Source: Squalus acanthias
Taxonomy: Eukaryota
Length of the DNA stretch: 64,000 nucleotides
Assembly (NCBI GenBank): GCA_030390025.1
Contig: JASTWF010000138.1
Span: 558,001-622,000 of the forward strand
Direction of reading: 5' to 3'
A program made the position numbers and the translations under genes. This document shows positions 24,275 to 35,944 of this stretch, in pieces (the first letter of the stretch is position 1; each line of letters opens with the position of its first letter). The notes beneath the pieces are model-generated. The model was not told the DNA's origin and searched no databases. It saw only the letters and a program-made list of their open reading frames with translations.

Positions 24275-27200
24275 ACAGTCATAGAGCCATAGAGTAAAAC
24301 AGCACAGAAAGAGGCCCTTCGGCCCATCGTGTCCGCGCCGGCCATCAAGCCCTGTCTATTCTAATCCCATTTTCCAGCACTTGGTCCGTAGCCTTGTATG
24401 CTATGGCGTTTCAAGTGCTCATCTAAATGCTTCTTGAATGTTGTGAGGGTTCCTGCCTCTACCACCCTTTCAGGCAGTGAGTTCCAGATTCCAACCACCC
24501 TCTGGGTGAAAAAGTTTTTCCTCAAATCCCCTCTAAACCTCCTGCCCCTTACCTTGAAACTATGCCCCCTGGTTATTGAACCCTCTACTAAGGGGAACAT
24601 TTCCTTTCTATCTATGCCCCTCATAATGTTGTACACCTCAATCAGGTCCCCCCTCAGCCTTCTCTGATCTAAGGAAAACAACCCCAGCCTGTCCAGTCTC
24701 TCTTCATAGCTGAAGCGCTGTAGCCCAGGTAACATCCTGGTGAATCTCCTCTGCACCCTCTCCAATGCAATCACATCCTTCCTATAGTGTGGCGACCAGA
24801 ACTGCACACAGTATTCCAGCTGTGGCCTAACGAGCGTTTTGTACAGCTCCAACATAACCTCCCTGCTCTTATATTCTATGCCTCGGCTAATGAAGGCAAG
24901 TATCCCAAATGCCTTTTTAACCACTATATCTACCTGTCCTGCTGCCTTCAGGGATCTATGTACATGCACACCAAGGTCCCTCTGATCCTCTGTACTTCCT
25001 AGGGTCCTACCATTCATTGTGTATTCTCTTGCCTTGTTAGTCCTCCCAAAATGCATCACCTCAAAGTTTTCAGGGTTAAATTCCATTTGCCACTGTTCTG
25101 CCCATCTGACCAACCCATCTATATCGTCCTGTAGCCTGAGGCTTCCCTCCTCGCTATTTACCACTCCACCAATTTTCGTATCATCTGCGAACTTACTGGT
25201 CATACCTCCTACATTCATATCTAAATCATTAATGTATACTACAAACAGCAAAGGACCCAGCACCGATCGCTGCGGTACACCACTGAACACAGGCTTCCAG
25301 TCACAAAAACAACCTTCGACCAACACCCTCTGTCTCCTGCAACTAAGCCAATTTTGGATCCAATGTGCCAAATTGCCCTGGATCCCATGGGCTCTTACCT
25401 TCTTGAACAGTCTCCCATGCGGGACTTTGTCAAAAGCCTTACTGAAGTCCATGTAGACTACATCAGCTGCGCTACCCTCATCCACACACCTAGTCACCTC
25501 CTCGAAAAATTCAATCAAATTGGTCAGGCATGATCTCCCCCTGACAAAGCCATGCTGACTATCCTTGATTAATCTTTGCCTCTCCAAGTGGAGACTAATT
25601 CTGTCCCTCAGAATATTTTCCAATAATTTCCCTAGCACTGATGTTAGGCTCACTGGCCTGTAATTCCCTGGTTTATCCCTACTACCCTTCTTGAATAATG
25701 GTACTATGTTAACTGTTCTCCAGTCCTCTGGCACCCCCTGTGGCCAGAGAGGTTCTGAAAATTTGTGTCAGAGCCCCTGCAATCTCCTCCCTTGCCTCAC
25801 ACAGCAGCCTGGGATACATCTCGTGTGGGCCTGGGGATTTATCCACTTTTAACCCCGCTAAAACCGTTAGTACCTCCTCCCTCTCAATACTAATTTGTTC
25901 AAGTATATCACAATCCCCCTGCCTGATTTCTATGCCTACATCGTCCTTCTCCATAGTGAACACAGATGCAAAATATTCATTTAAAACCTCACCTACATCT
26001 TCCGGCTCTACACACAGATTGCCACTTTGGTTCCTAATGGGCCCTACTCTTTCCTTGGTTATCCTCTTGCCCTTAATATACTTATAAAACACCTTGGGAT
26101 TTTCCTTAATTTTGTCCGCCAGTGTTATTTCATGCCCCCTCTTCGCTCTCCTAATTTCTTTTTTAAGTACCCCCCTGCACTTTCTATACTCCTCTAGGGC
26201 TTCCACTGTTTTTAGTCCTTTGTATCTGCCATAAGCCTCCGTTTTTTTCCTAATCCATTCTCGTATATCCCTTGACATCCAGGGTTCCCTGGGTTTGTTG
26301 GTCCCACCCTTGACCTTTACGGGAACATGTTGGCGTTGTACTCTCTCTATTTCCTTTCTGAAAGACTCCCACTGCTCTGATGTGGATTTTCCTACAAGTA
26401 GCTGCTCCCAGTCCACTTTGGCCAGATCCTGCCTTATCATATTAAAATCGGCCTTCCCCCAATTTAGAACCTTTATTTCCGGTCCATCTTTGTCCTTTAC
26501 CATGACTACCTTAAATCTCACCAAATTATGGTCACTGTCACCAACATGCTCTCCTACTGACACTTCTACCACTTGCCCGGCTACATTCCCTAGAATTAGG
26601 TCCAGTACCGCCCCCTCTCTTGTTGGACTTTCTACATGCTGGCTCAAAAAGCTCTCCTGGATGCGCTTTAAGAACTCCGCACCCTCTAAACCTTTCACAC
26701 TCTGACTATCCCAGTTAATATTGGGGAAGTTGAAATCCCCTACTATTATTACCCTATTATTTCTACACTTCTCTGAGATTTGCCTACATATCTGTTCCTC
26801 TATCTCCCCTTACTGTTTGGAGGCCTATAGTATACGCCCAGCAAAGTGCTTGCCCCCTTTTTGTTTTTAAGTTCTACCCATATGGCCTCATTAGAGGAAC
26901 TTGCTAAGATATCATCCCTCCTTGCAGCAGGAATTGACTCCTTGATTAATATTGCAACACCCCCTCCTCTTTTACACCCCCCTCTGTCTCGCCTGAAGAT
27001 TCTACACCCCGGAATATTAAGCTGCCAGTCCTGCCCCTCCCTCAACCATGTCTCTGTGATAGCAACAATATCATACTCCCATGTGTTCATCAACACCTTT
27101 AATTAATCTGCCTTACTCGCAAGACTCCTTGCATTAAAATAAATGCCAACCAGCCTTGCCATACTCCCTTGTGCCGTTGCATATTTGCTCTGCCTTCCAG

Positions 27201-27300
27201 GCTGACTTGTTTTTTCCTCTATATTTGGCTGTGCATCACCCCCTACTATAACTCCACTCCATATCCCATCCCCCTGCCAAGTTAGTTTAAACCCCCGGAG
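24275..27300 (-). mobile_element. CR1 LINE, ORF2 with frameshifts
   Basis: ORFs 26800-27096 (endonuclease), 25709-26698 and 24361-25734 (RT: YMDFSKAFDKV, FADDTK). Confidence 0.93.
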
Positions 27301-27844
27301 ATCACTGATGGGCCTCACGGATCTCTGGCTATGTGTTTGTTGTGTGAATAAGCGACAGGTTTAAATAAGGAAGCTGTAGTTTTCTGGCGCTTCATTGGGT
27401 CTCTGAGGCCGATGTGAAGGACCCTCCCACATTAGGCTGATGTACAGGGGGAAATTGTTCTGTTCGCAGAGGCTGCGGTTCGGCTTTGCCCCACAGTAAT
27501 GAGCTGGGAGGTCGGTTCATGTGTTTTTATTGGCTCGTGTTTGTTGAGAGTGGAATGTTGTCCCAGGACAATATGTCCCAATTATTCCAGGGTTCAGTAA
27601 ACAATATCCCGTGTTCCACAGTCCCTGTCAGTTCAAACTGTTCTTTGTGAGACTCTGAGCTCTTAGTAGAACGACCCAGGACCACGTGCCGGAGATGGGC
27701 GCTTCATATAAAAGGAGAACATAGCAAAGCATGATAACTGAGAGCAGGAAATTACAATGAAATTAAACCAGATTACAGCGATAATAAGATCAAACCTACA
27801 ATTCAGGTTCCGGGCCCGGGGAATTCATATTTTAATTGTACACA

Positions 27845-27915
27845 GGTATTTGCTCAGGTCTCATCCACTGTGAGGACCCCTGGTAAAGACAGTGTTTCAA
27901 GTGAACATCAAATCC
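27845..27915 (-). other. D segment flanked by 12/12 RSSs (probable NAR-TCR D); core 27873-27887
   Basis: + strand: GGTATTTGC-12 nt-CACTGTG | AGGACCCCTGGTAAA | GACAGTG-12 nt-ATCAAATCC. The V-facing heptamer is mutated (CAC>GAC). The - strand core TTTACCAGGGGTCCT is open in all frames. Confidence 0.72.
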
Positions 27916-28127
27916 CCCGGTACTCGGTGAGATGGGGGGACATTAGTTACACGGCGGGGACCGCGGTTCCCGGTTCCAGCTGTTAGAACAGGAGTCCAGC
28001 TGGTGTTCGGGACTTGTAACTGGGATCAGTCATTCCCAATCGCCATTCATTGACACCAATCCCGGGAAAGACGTCACCGCCCGCACACACTCAGCATTTA
28101 CAAAACTCAAGGTGTTAACTGCAATAA

Positions 28128-29500
28128 AGTGGATAAAGGGGAACCAGTGGACGTAGTGTATTTAGACTTCCAAAAGGCATTTGACAAGGTGCCACACAAA
28201 AGATTATTGCTTAAGGTAAAAAATCACGGGATTGGGGGTAATATTCTGGCATGGATAGAGGATTGGCTATCTAACAGAAAGCAAAGAGTTGGGATAAATG
28301 GTTCATTCTCAGACTGGCAATCAGTAACTAGTGGTGTTCCACAGGGGTCAGTGCTGGATCCCCAACTCTTTACAATCTATATTAACGATTTGGAGGAAGG
28401 GACCAAGTGTAACATATCAAAATTTGCAGATGATACTAAGATGGGAGGGAAAGTAGTGAGTGAGGAGGACATAAAAAACCTGCAAGGGGACATAGACAGG
28501 CTAAGTAAGTGGGCAGAGATTTGGCAGATGGAATACAACACTGGAAAGTGTGAGGTGATGCACTTTGGCAGGAGAAATCCTAGAGCAATTTATTATCTTA
28601 ATGGCAAGAAACTGGAGAGTACTGAAGTGCAAAGGGATCTGGGGGTCCTGGTGCACGAAACTCAAAAGGTTAGTATGCAGGTGCAGCAAGTGATTAAGAA
28701 GGCAAATGGAATGTTGGCTTTCATTGCTAGGGGGATAGAATATAAAAATAGGGAGGTATTGCTTCAGTTGTACAAGGTATTGGTGAGACCGCACCTGGAA
28801 TACTGCATACAGTTTTGGTGTCCTTACTTAAGGAAAGACATCCTTGCTCTCGAGGCAGTGCAAAAAAGGTTCACTCGGTTAATCCCGGGGATGATGGGGT
28901 GGTCATATGAGGAGAGGTTGGGTAGATTGGGACTCTACTCATTGGAGTTCAGAAGAATGAGAGGCGATCTTATTGAAACATATAAGATTGTGAAGGGGTT
29001 GGATCGGGTGGATGCGGGGAGGATGTTCCCGATGACGGGTGAGACTAGAACTAGGGGACATAGTCTTAGAATAAGGGGCTGCTCTTTCAAAACTGAGATG
29101 AGGAGGAACTACTTCACTCAGAGGGTGGTAGGTCCATGGAATATGCTGCCACAAAAAGCTGTAGAAGCTACATCATTAAATAAATTTAAAACAGAAATAG
29201 ACAGTTTCCTAGAAGTAAAGGGCATTAAGGGTTACGGGGAGCGGGCAGGAATTTGGACATGAGTCTAGGTTCGGATCGGTCATGGCCCTGTGGGTAGTGG
29301 AGCGGGCCCAGGGACCGTGTAGCCTGATTCTGCACCTATTTCGTGTCTGCAATTCTGTTAGATGCAGGAGATGGTTCTGTGATAGATAGTAGATTGGCGG
29401 TTAGGATCAGATCAGCCATGATCTTATTGAATGGCGGAGCAGGCTCGAGGGGCCGATTGGCCTACTCCTGCTCCTATTTCTTATGTTCTTATGTTCTTAA
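28128..29500 (+). mobile_element. Young 5'-truncated CR1 LINE
   Basis: Uninterrupted 377-aa RT ORF 28129-29262, almost identical to the 3' part of the copy at 52415-54366; (TTCTTATG)n tail. Confidence 0.93.
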
Positions 29501-29880
29501 CCCGAGCTGTACCTGCCCTGGGAATGTTTGATGGGACAGTGTAGAGAGAGCTTTACTGTGTATCTAACTCGTGCTGTATCTGCCCTGGGACTGTTTGATG
29601 GGACAGTGTAGAGAAAGCTTTACTCTGTACCTTACCCGTGCTGTACCTGACTTGGGAGTGTATGGTGGGAGAGTCTGGAGAGAGCTTTACTTTGTATCTA
29701 ACCCCTGCTGTACCTGAACAAATAGTGTTTGATGGGGCACTGTAGATGGAGCTTTACTCTGCATCTCACCTGTGTTGTGCCTGCCCTGGGAGTGTTTGAT
29801 GGGACAGTGTAGAGGGAGCTTTACTTTGTATCTAACCCCAGCTGTACCTGAACAAATAGTCTTTGATGGGGCACTGTGTA
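29500..29880 (-). repeat. 67-bp tandem repeat (same family as 11490-13152), reverse orientation
   Basis: GGGAGTGTTTGATGGGACAGTGTAGAGGGAGCTTTACT units. Confidence 0.88.
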
Positions 29881-30064
29881 TTGCTTATCCTGTCCAATTC
29901 AGCAATTAACTGTAACTTTATTCCCTTGTGTATCACTTATTGTGTCCAATTTAACAATTAACTGTAAGTTTATTCCCCTGTGTATTGCTTATCTTTGCTG
30001 AACCACGGCTGACACTTATTGAAAAGGGTGGGTCCCCATTTAACTGAAGGCACCATCTACGGCA

Positions 30065-30366
30065 CATTTTTGTACAGCGACAGATGAGTTTAAAAAAATC
30101 ACTGTGATGCTCAACCCGCAGAAATATACGGCGGAGTCCTGGATTTCCGCTCGAGTGATCGTGAAAGAACACTTTCTGCGTTTGTCTGGCCGGCCTCGAA
30201 TCTTCCCTTGGCAAAATCCGCCTCCGCTTTCCTCCTGTCCTGTGAAAAATGATTTGAATCTTCAGTTAACCACCTTTATAATTAGCAAAATTCACAGCAG
30301 CATAGGGAGCAAATTTCAGTGTCTGCCTATTACAAAGGACACTAGGAGCAGCTCAACCAGCGCCAT
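30065..30366 (-). pseudogene. TCR alpha/delta-type V pseudogene with internal deletion
   Basis: Leader MALVELLLVSFVI with a GC donor (30366-30327). The exon from 30239 lacks FR1-FR2 and jumps to AEADFAKGRFEAGQTN...(frameshift)...EIQDSAVYFCGLS. RSS CACAGTG (30106-30100), 26 nt, ACAAAAATG. Confidence 0.82.
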
Positions 30367-30719
30367 CTGTAAAATGCTGCCAATATGATCCGGACCTCCG
30401 CTCTCACACCGATAAACACCAGCAATAATACAGCCTCCACAGTGAGAGTCGCGGGGAGATTCTTGAACTTGCAACAAAAACCAACACTCAGCAAGAGCAG
30501 GTGAGGTCCACTTCAGGAATTATATTAGTTGGTGAGTGCAACGCGCATTTAGAATTAAAATGAACCTCACAAATCCAACTGTGGCGCCTTAACTCGCCTT
30601 TTGTCTTTCGACGTCCTTTCGGTGCCTGCCTGCAATATTGTGCAGCGCTTTACACATCTCCTCTGTCAGTGTCCCGGACCCTTTGATCGCGGCCTGTACA
30701 CAGGGTTTATTTGATCAGA

Positions 30720-31090
30720 AAATTATGAAAAATTTTGATAGAGTGGATGCAGAGAGAATGTTTCCACTTGTGGGGAAGAGCATAACTAGAAGCCATTAAT
30801 ATAAGACAGTCACCAAGAAATCCAATAGGGAATTCAGAAGAAATTTCTTTACCCAAAGAGTGGTGAGAATGTGGAACTCGCTACCACAGGGAGTGGTTGA
30901 AGTGAATAGTATCGATGCATTTAAGGGAAGGCTGGACAAGCCTATGAGGGAGAAGGAATAGAGGGTTATGCTGATAGATTTAGATGAGGATAGATGGGAG
31001 GAGGCTCGAGTGGAGCATAAACGCCGACATGGACGGGTTGGGCCGAATGGCCTGTTTCTGTGCCGCATATCCTATGTAATGTGATCCTAT
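30720..31090 (+). mobile_element. CR1 3' fragment
   Basis: GAATTCAGAAGAAATTTCTTTACCCAAAGAGTGGTGAG coding remnant followed by a CR1 3' UTR. Confidence 0.8.
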
Positions 31091-31320
31091 ATAGAATGTG
31101 CTGCTGGGTCAGAGACAGTTTATGCACAATGAACAGATTTCACAAGGTAGTGATTGTGCTCTTTAAAACAGGCCCCAAGCACAGAGTTCCCCCAATGTCC
31201 ATTGCCCTTCAGACTGTCTCTTTAGTGCTGGAATGTTTAGCGTGACATTAGCTTCCTCTTCAACCGCTGGGTCTTGGTGGATCCATTCTAATATAAAATA
31301 ACAGTAATCGTCATCATCAT

Positions 31321-31651
31321 CATTTTTGTACAGCGACAGATGAGTTTTAAAACACTGTGATTCTCAGCCCGCAGAAATATACGGCAGAGTCCTGGATTTC
31401 CGCTCGAGTGATCGTGAAAGGAAACTTCTTTTCTGTGTTGGTCTGGCCAGCCTCGAATCTTCCCTTGGCAAAATCCGCCTCCTCTTTCCTGCTGTTATCC
31501 CTGGACAAAATAAAATGCGGAGCCTGGTTCGTGCGCTGTCGGTACCAGTACGGATCGGGGTTACTGATCCTTGTTTTGGAGCTACAGTCTATTTTCACAT
31601 CTCCTTCAGTCACTGTGTGAGGGACATCCTGGCTATAAGCGGCAAGGTTTC
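31321..31651 (-). CDS. TCR alpha/delta-type V exon (31651-31360), open, with 23-RSS; no leader exon found
   Basis: SQDVPHTVTEGDVKIDCSSKTRISNPDPYWYRQRTNQAPHFIL...DFAKGRF...EIQDSAVYFCGLRI; CACAGTG (31359-31353), 23 nt, ACAAAAATG (31329-31321); weak in-frame acceptor at 31652/31651; paralog of the V at 30107-30239. Confidence 0.8.
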
Positions 31652-33033
31652 CTATTTTCGTTAGTTTTAGCCAAAGCGTAATGCATTCTAAGGAGGGCCT
31701 TCAGGATTTCAGAATAAAACAAACACGAATATAAATCTTCTTGCTGCATTAACATGATCGCTAACTCATAATGAGCAGCGGAAAGTTATTCCCTTAGTGA
31801 CTGTTTAAGATAATATGAATTGGCCATTTGAAGAATCCGCCTTTCGTTCGCGACAACAATTAAAATATTGATGCGGACGCCTTAACTGAGGAATTATTTT
31901 ACACAAAGTGTCGGCCAAATCTGATCTTGCGCATTATTACCGATAGAATCTGTGACATTATAATTTTTTAGGGAGATCGAAATAACCTTAACAGGTTTTC
32001 ATGTTCATTGTCATTCAAGTTCTGGTCGTTTTATTAATATATGGAATACAGATACAGGCCATGTCGGAAATGACCAAAACCCTGCCAATGTATAACTGAC
32101 TAACAGTAAAATGAAACGCACAGCCAATGTCCCTTGATACACTATGAGCCACAGTCATTTCTGACAACAGAATAATATATTTGAACTGTCCTGGAATTTA
32201 CATACATTTTGCAAAATAAGATATTTCAAGAGCAGAATTGGTAATTCAACCTTCCGTATTTGCGCCATATCTAATGTATCACGTGTTTCTTTAGAAATGT
32301 ACATGATCACCTTGTCACTATTTCTACTGTCTCTTTCAAACCTTGGCTTGTAAGATATTCCGCTAGTATAATACATAATGAAGGGGCTGACTTACAGTTT
32401 AATGGACATCGTAACACAAGAATATAGGAATCGCTAGACGGGAAAAGACCAAAGTGCATCTAATTGGCCTTGTACCATCCTGGGAGTCCCATGTTACATC
32501 GATAATGGAGTTGTTGACTAATCACAGCGATCAATCTCTATCAATGAGTCTACAACAGACCCAGACATGAGGCGAGGAAAACCCCAGTGGTGGAGAGCTT
32601 TAGGAGCCATCGGACCAAAGTCACCTCTTCCTCCCGAGCATTCTACACTTACCACACGTCATGTCTCAAATTACTCACACACTGTGTCCCAAAATCTTAT
32701 TCTATGAATGAAATCGGTCCAATTTGCATCTGAATGAGTCAACACTAACTGCTTCCACCGTCTCCCTAGGGAGCCTGTCCCATAGATTGACCGCTCACTG
32801 ACTCAAATATTGTTTCAGCAGCTTGGATTTGAATTTACCCCCTTCAACCTGCACCCCAAAATAAGTGAACCTCTTATTTATCTCGTTTGTTGTTGGTGGG
32901 ATCCTGCTCGGCGCAAAATGCCGACCGTGTTTGCGTCCGAAGAACAGTAATTACTCTTCAAAATGCAATTCACCAATTTTAAAGCGCTCTGGAGGGCGCT
33001 GGAGACGTGAAACGAGCTGAACAAATGCACATT

Positions 33034-33219
33034 GGGGTAGATTTTCACTCTGTGGGACAGTGTAAAACCGGTGAGAGCGAGTCGGCAGCCCGGTTTACAT
33101 CTCCCCCGATGTGTAGTTCCACTGATGTCAATGGAAATATTAATCAGCACAGATGTAAAACGGGCTGCCGATTCTCTATCACCCGGTTTACACTTTCGCA
33201 CAAAGTGAAAATCTACCCC
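33034..33219. mobile_element. Short palindromic MITE (Harbinger-like)
   Basis: TIRs GGGGTAGATTTTCACT / AGTGAAAATCTACCCC; TSD ATT at 33031-33033 and 33220-33222. Confidence 0.85.
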
Positions 33220-33261
33220 ATTCGTTCTTCTTCCTAAACATACGATCCGAAAAGCAGCCCC

Positions 33262-33571
33262 GGTTTTTGTACGGACTCTGTCGCTCCTTATTACACTGTG
33301 TGTACGACACAGAAGTAGGTCGCGGTGTCTGTCAGAGGTAAGGCCGCGATAGTCAGGGAGCTGCGATTCTCCGAACTTCGACTGACGGCTGTGAATCGAC
33401 CTTTATGTTCACCCTTTTCCGATGCCATTATCAACAGCTTTGGGCTCTGGTTTGGAGGCTGCACGTACCAGTATATCGCGGTGAACGGAGTGGTTGTGTG
33501 ACAGTTCATCGATATGGTTTTCCATTCACTGGGAGTCTGTGACGGAAATGTTTGTACAACTTCCTCTTTAC
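33262..33571 (-). CDS. Leaderless TCR V exon (33571-33301) with consensus 23-RSS; candidate NAR-TCR supporting V-delta
   Basis: Acceptor tttttcacAG|GT. Translates to GKEEVVQTFPSQTPSEWKTISMNCHTTTPFTAIYWYVQPPNQSPKLLI...GRFTAV...LTIAALPLTDTATYFCVV. RSS CACAGTG-23-ACAAAAACC is a perfect consensus. Confidence 0.82.
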
Positions 33572-33724
33572 CTGTGAAAAACAATGTTATTAATGGAGCA
33601 AAGCGGACAACACCAGTCAGTTCCAAAAGATATCTCAGGAATATAGCCGTTCCCGATTAGAGGGGATATTTTCTCCATTTCTAACGTATCGAATACGTTT
33701 AACATTTGAAACACCTCAATATTT

Positions 33725-34295
33725 TTACACAAGGGAATACAACCCAAGTTTATGCAACCTGTCCTCATAATTTAATGTTCTATGCCCCGTTATCATTCTG
33801 GTGAATCTGCGCTGTAACCGCTCCAAGGCCAATATATCCTTCCTGAGGTGCGGTGCCCAGATCTGAACGCAGTTCTCCAGATGCGGTCTAACCTGAACTT
33901 TACACAATGGAAGCAGAACTTTCAGCCCTTTGTATTCCAGCCCCCGCGAGATAAAGACCGACATTCCATTAGCCCCTTTGATTGCACTTTGTACACGTCT
34001 AGTTGCTTTTAATGATTTGTGTGCTTGGGCTCCTAATTCACTTTGCACCTCGGCAATACCTAGTTTCTCACCATTTAGAAAATACTCCGATTTATCTTTC
34101 TTAGGTCCAGGGTGGATGTCCTCACCTTTGCCCACATTAACTTCAATATGCCCCAGTTTTGCCCACTCATTTAATCTATCAACTTCCTCCTTATATCTGC
34201 ACTACTTACTTACTGGTCGTCCTAATTTAATGTCATCTACAAATTTGGATATACAACTCTCTGTTCCTTAATCCAAGTCATTAATAAATATGATA
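33725..34295 (-). mobile_element. CR1 fragment
   Basis: ORF 33725-34135 VRPHLENCVQIWAPHLRKDIL. Confidence 0.85.
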
Positions 34296-34308
34296 ATAAA
34301 TATCTGTA

Positions 34309-34350
34309 CCCATCTCCAGGGACACAGTGTAATGTAAGTTGACACGAACT
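34309..34350 (-). other. D-like remnant with one 12-RSS
   Basis: + strand: CCCATCTCCAGGGA | CACAGTG (34323-34329)-12 nt-ACACGAACT (34342-34350). The other side abuts CR1 sequence, with only ATCTGTA as a possible heptamer trace. Confidence 0.5.
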
Positions 34351-34756
34351 GTCGTTGTTAGCTCACACATTTAAAAACTTACATGTCATAAAGCTGACTG
34401 GAATAACAAGCATTAATATCCATCTGAAAAACTCTTGCATCTTGTGTGCAGACAGCTTCGGTACAAATCCGATCAGAGTATTGTGGCAGGAATTACTGAG
34501 AAATGTTACGGGGTCAATGCCATTCAAATAATTCACTGGTTTATCTTGCCGGAAACAAAACACATGCACAACCTCGATCTGATTTGACATCATCATGCAC
34601 TGGTCACGTGGGTCAGTTTCATCATTTAGAAAAGGAACACCATTGGTGCAAAAATAAACGGCGTCATCATATGCAGCCCAGATGTTATGATTGGCGGATT
34701 AACAGCCAAGATTTAACACATTCGCGTAACGGAAGTGTTACCCGGATTACAATAAG

Positions 34757-35235
34757 AGCATACGAACATAAGAAATAGGAGCAGGAGTAGGCCATTCGGC
34801 CCCTCGAGCCTGCTCCGCCATTCAATGAGATCATGGTTGATCTTCTGCCTCAACTCCATTCACCGGCCCTATCGCCATATCCCTTGATGTCCTTACAAGT
34901 CAGAAATCTATCGACTTCTGTTTTGAATATACCCAATGACTGAGCCTCCATAGCCCTCTGGGGTAGAGAATTCCAAAGATTCACCACCCTCTGTGTGAAG
35001 AAATGTCTTCTCACCTCAGTCCTGAATGACCTACCCTTTATCCTGAGGCTGTGGCCCCTGGTTCTAGACTCCCCAGCTAAGGGAAACATCCTCCCAGCAT
35101 CCATCCTATCAAGCCCTGTAATAATTTTGTATGCTTCAATGAGATCCCCTCTCATTCTTCTGAATTCAAGAGAATACAGGCCTAGTTTACTCAATCTCTT
35201 CTCATACGACAGTCCCGCCATCCCAGGAAGCAATC
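34757..35235 (-). mobile_element. CR1 3' fragment
   Basis: ORF 34850-35233 YEKRLSKLGLYSLEFRRMRGDLIE, plus tail. Confidence 0.88.
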
Positions 35236-35944
35236 AATAATGGACTAACGTTTCCGTTAAATCTAATGGGCAAAGGGACGTTTTATCGACAAGTTGCTCA
35301 TTGATGTGCGAATATCCCAGCAGCAATTTCTAAGGGTTGTTTGATTCCTAGCAGTTCGATTTCTTTGTATTTCACTTTTTCATCTATAATCTTGGAAAAC
35401 ATCGCTGATTCGAAACATGAACAATAATTTTTAGTGCTTTTTACAAATGCAGCATGCAGTTCTCCTGAACTTTGTAGCTGTTTTAGAATGAATGAGGTTT
35501 CAAGCAGCCATTCCGCGGCATTGGTCACCGTGACTAGGGTGTTATCAACAGAGTGTTAAAGGGATCTTTTTAGCGGTAGTCGGTGTGACACTTGCAGGAA
35601 GTGGCCGCTGTACCCAGTATGTTTCTAGTGAGTCTCATGTGGCATCTCCGTGTGGAGCCAAGGCCAGAATATTCTTCAAGAGACAGGTTAAAGGGCGATG
35701 AATTGGTGGACTAAAGGACGCAGATATAATTCAGGCACCTTTTAAAGTCATATATGTTGTACTTAGTTTATATAACACCAGATGCTATTATTATTATTAT
35801 TTGTGGTTAAGTAGTCTGTAAACAGATGTTACATTTGGAGCAAGGAAGTACAGTTCATTGGAGCCGAGCAGTTTCTCTGCAATGCTGAGGTGTTGGGAAA
35901 CACAAAACCGACGCGCTACAGCCCATCATAGTCTGGAGGTGTAA

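Noticed and set aside
27800-27826. FPGPGT on the - strand as a possible J
   Set aside because: Followed immediately by TGA, only ~20 bp from the D nonamer, and no 23-RSS or donor.
33600-33645. ISFGT on the - strand upstream of the leaderless V as a J remnant
   Set aside because: No FGxG, RSS or donor; too close to the acceptor.
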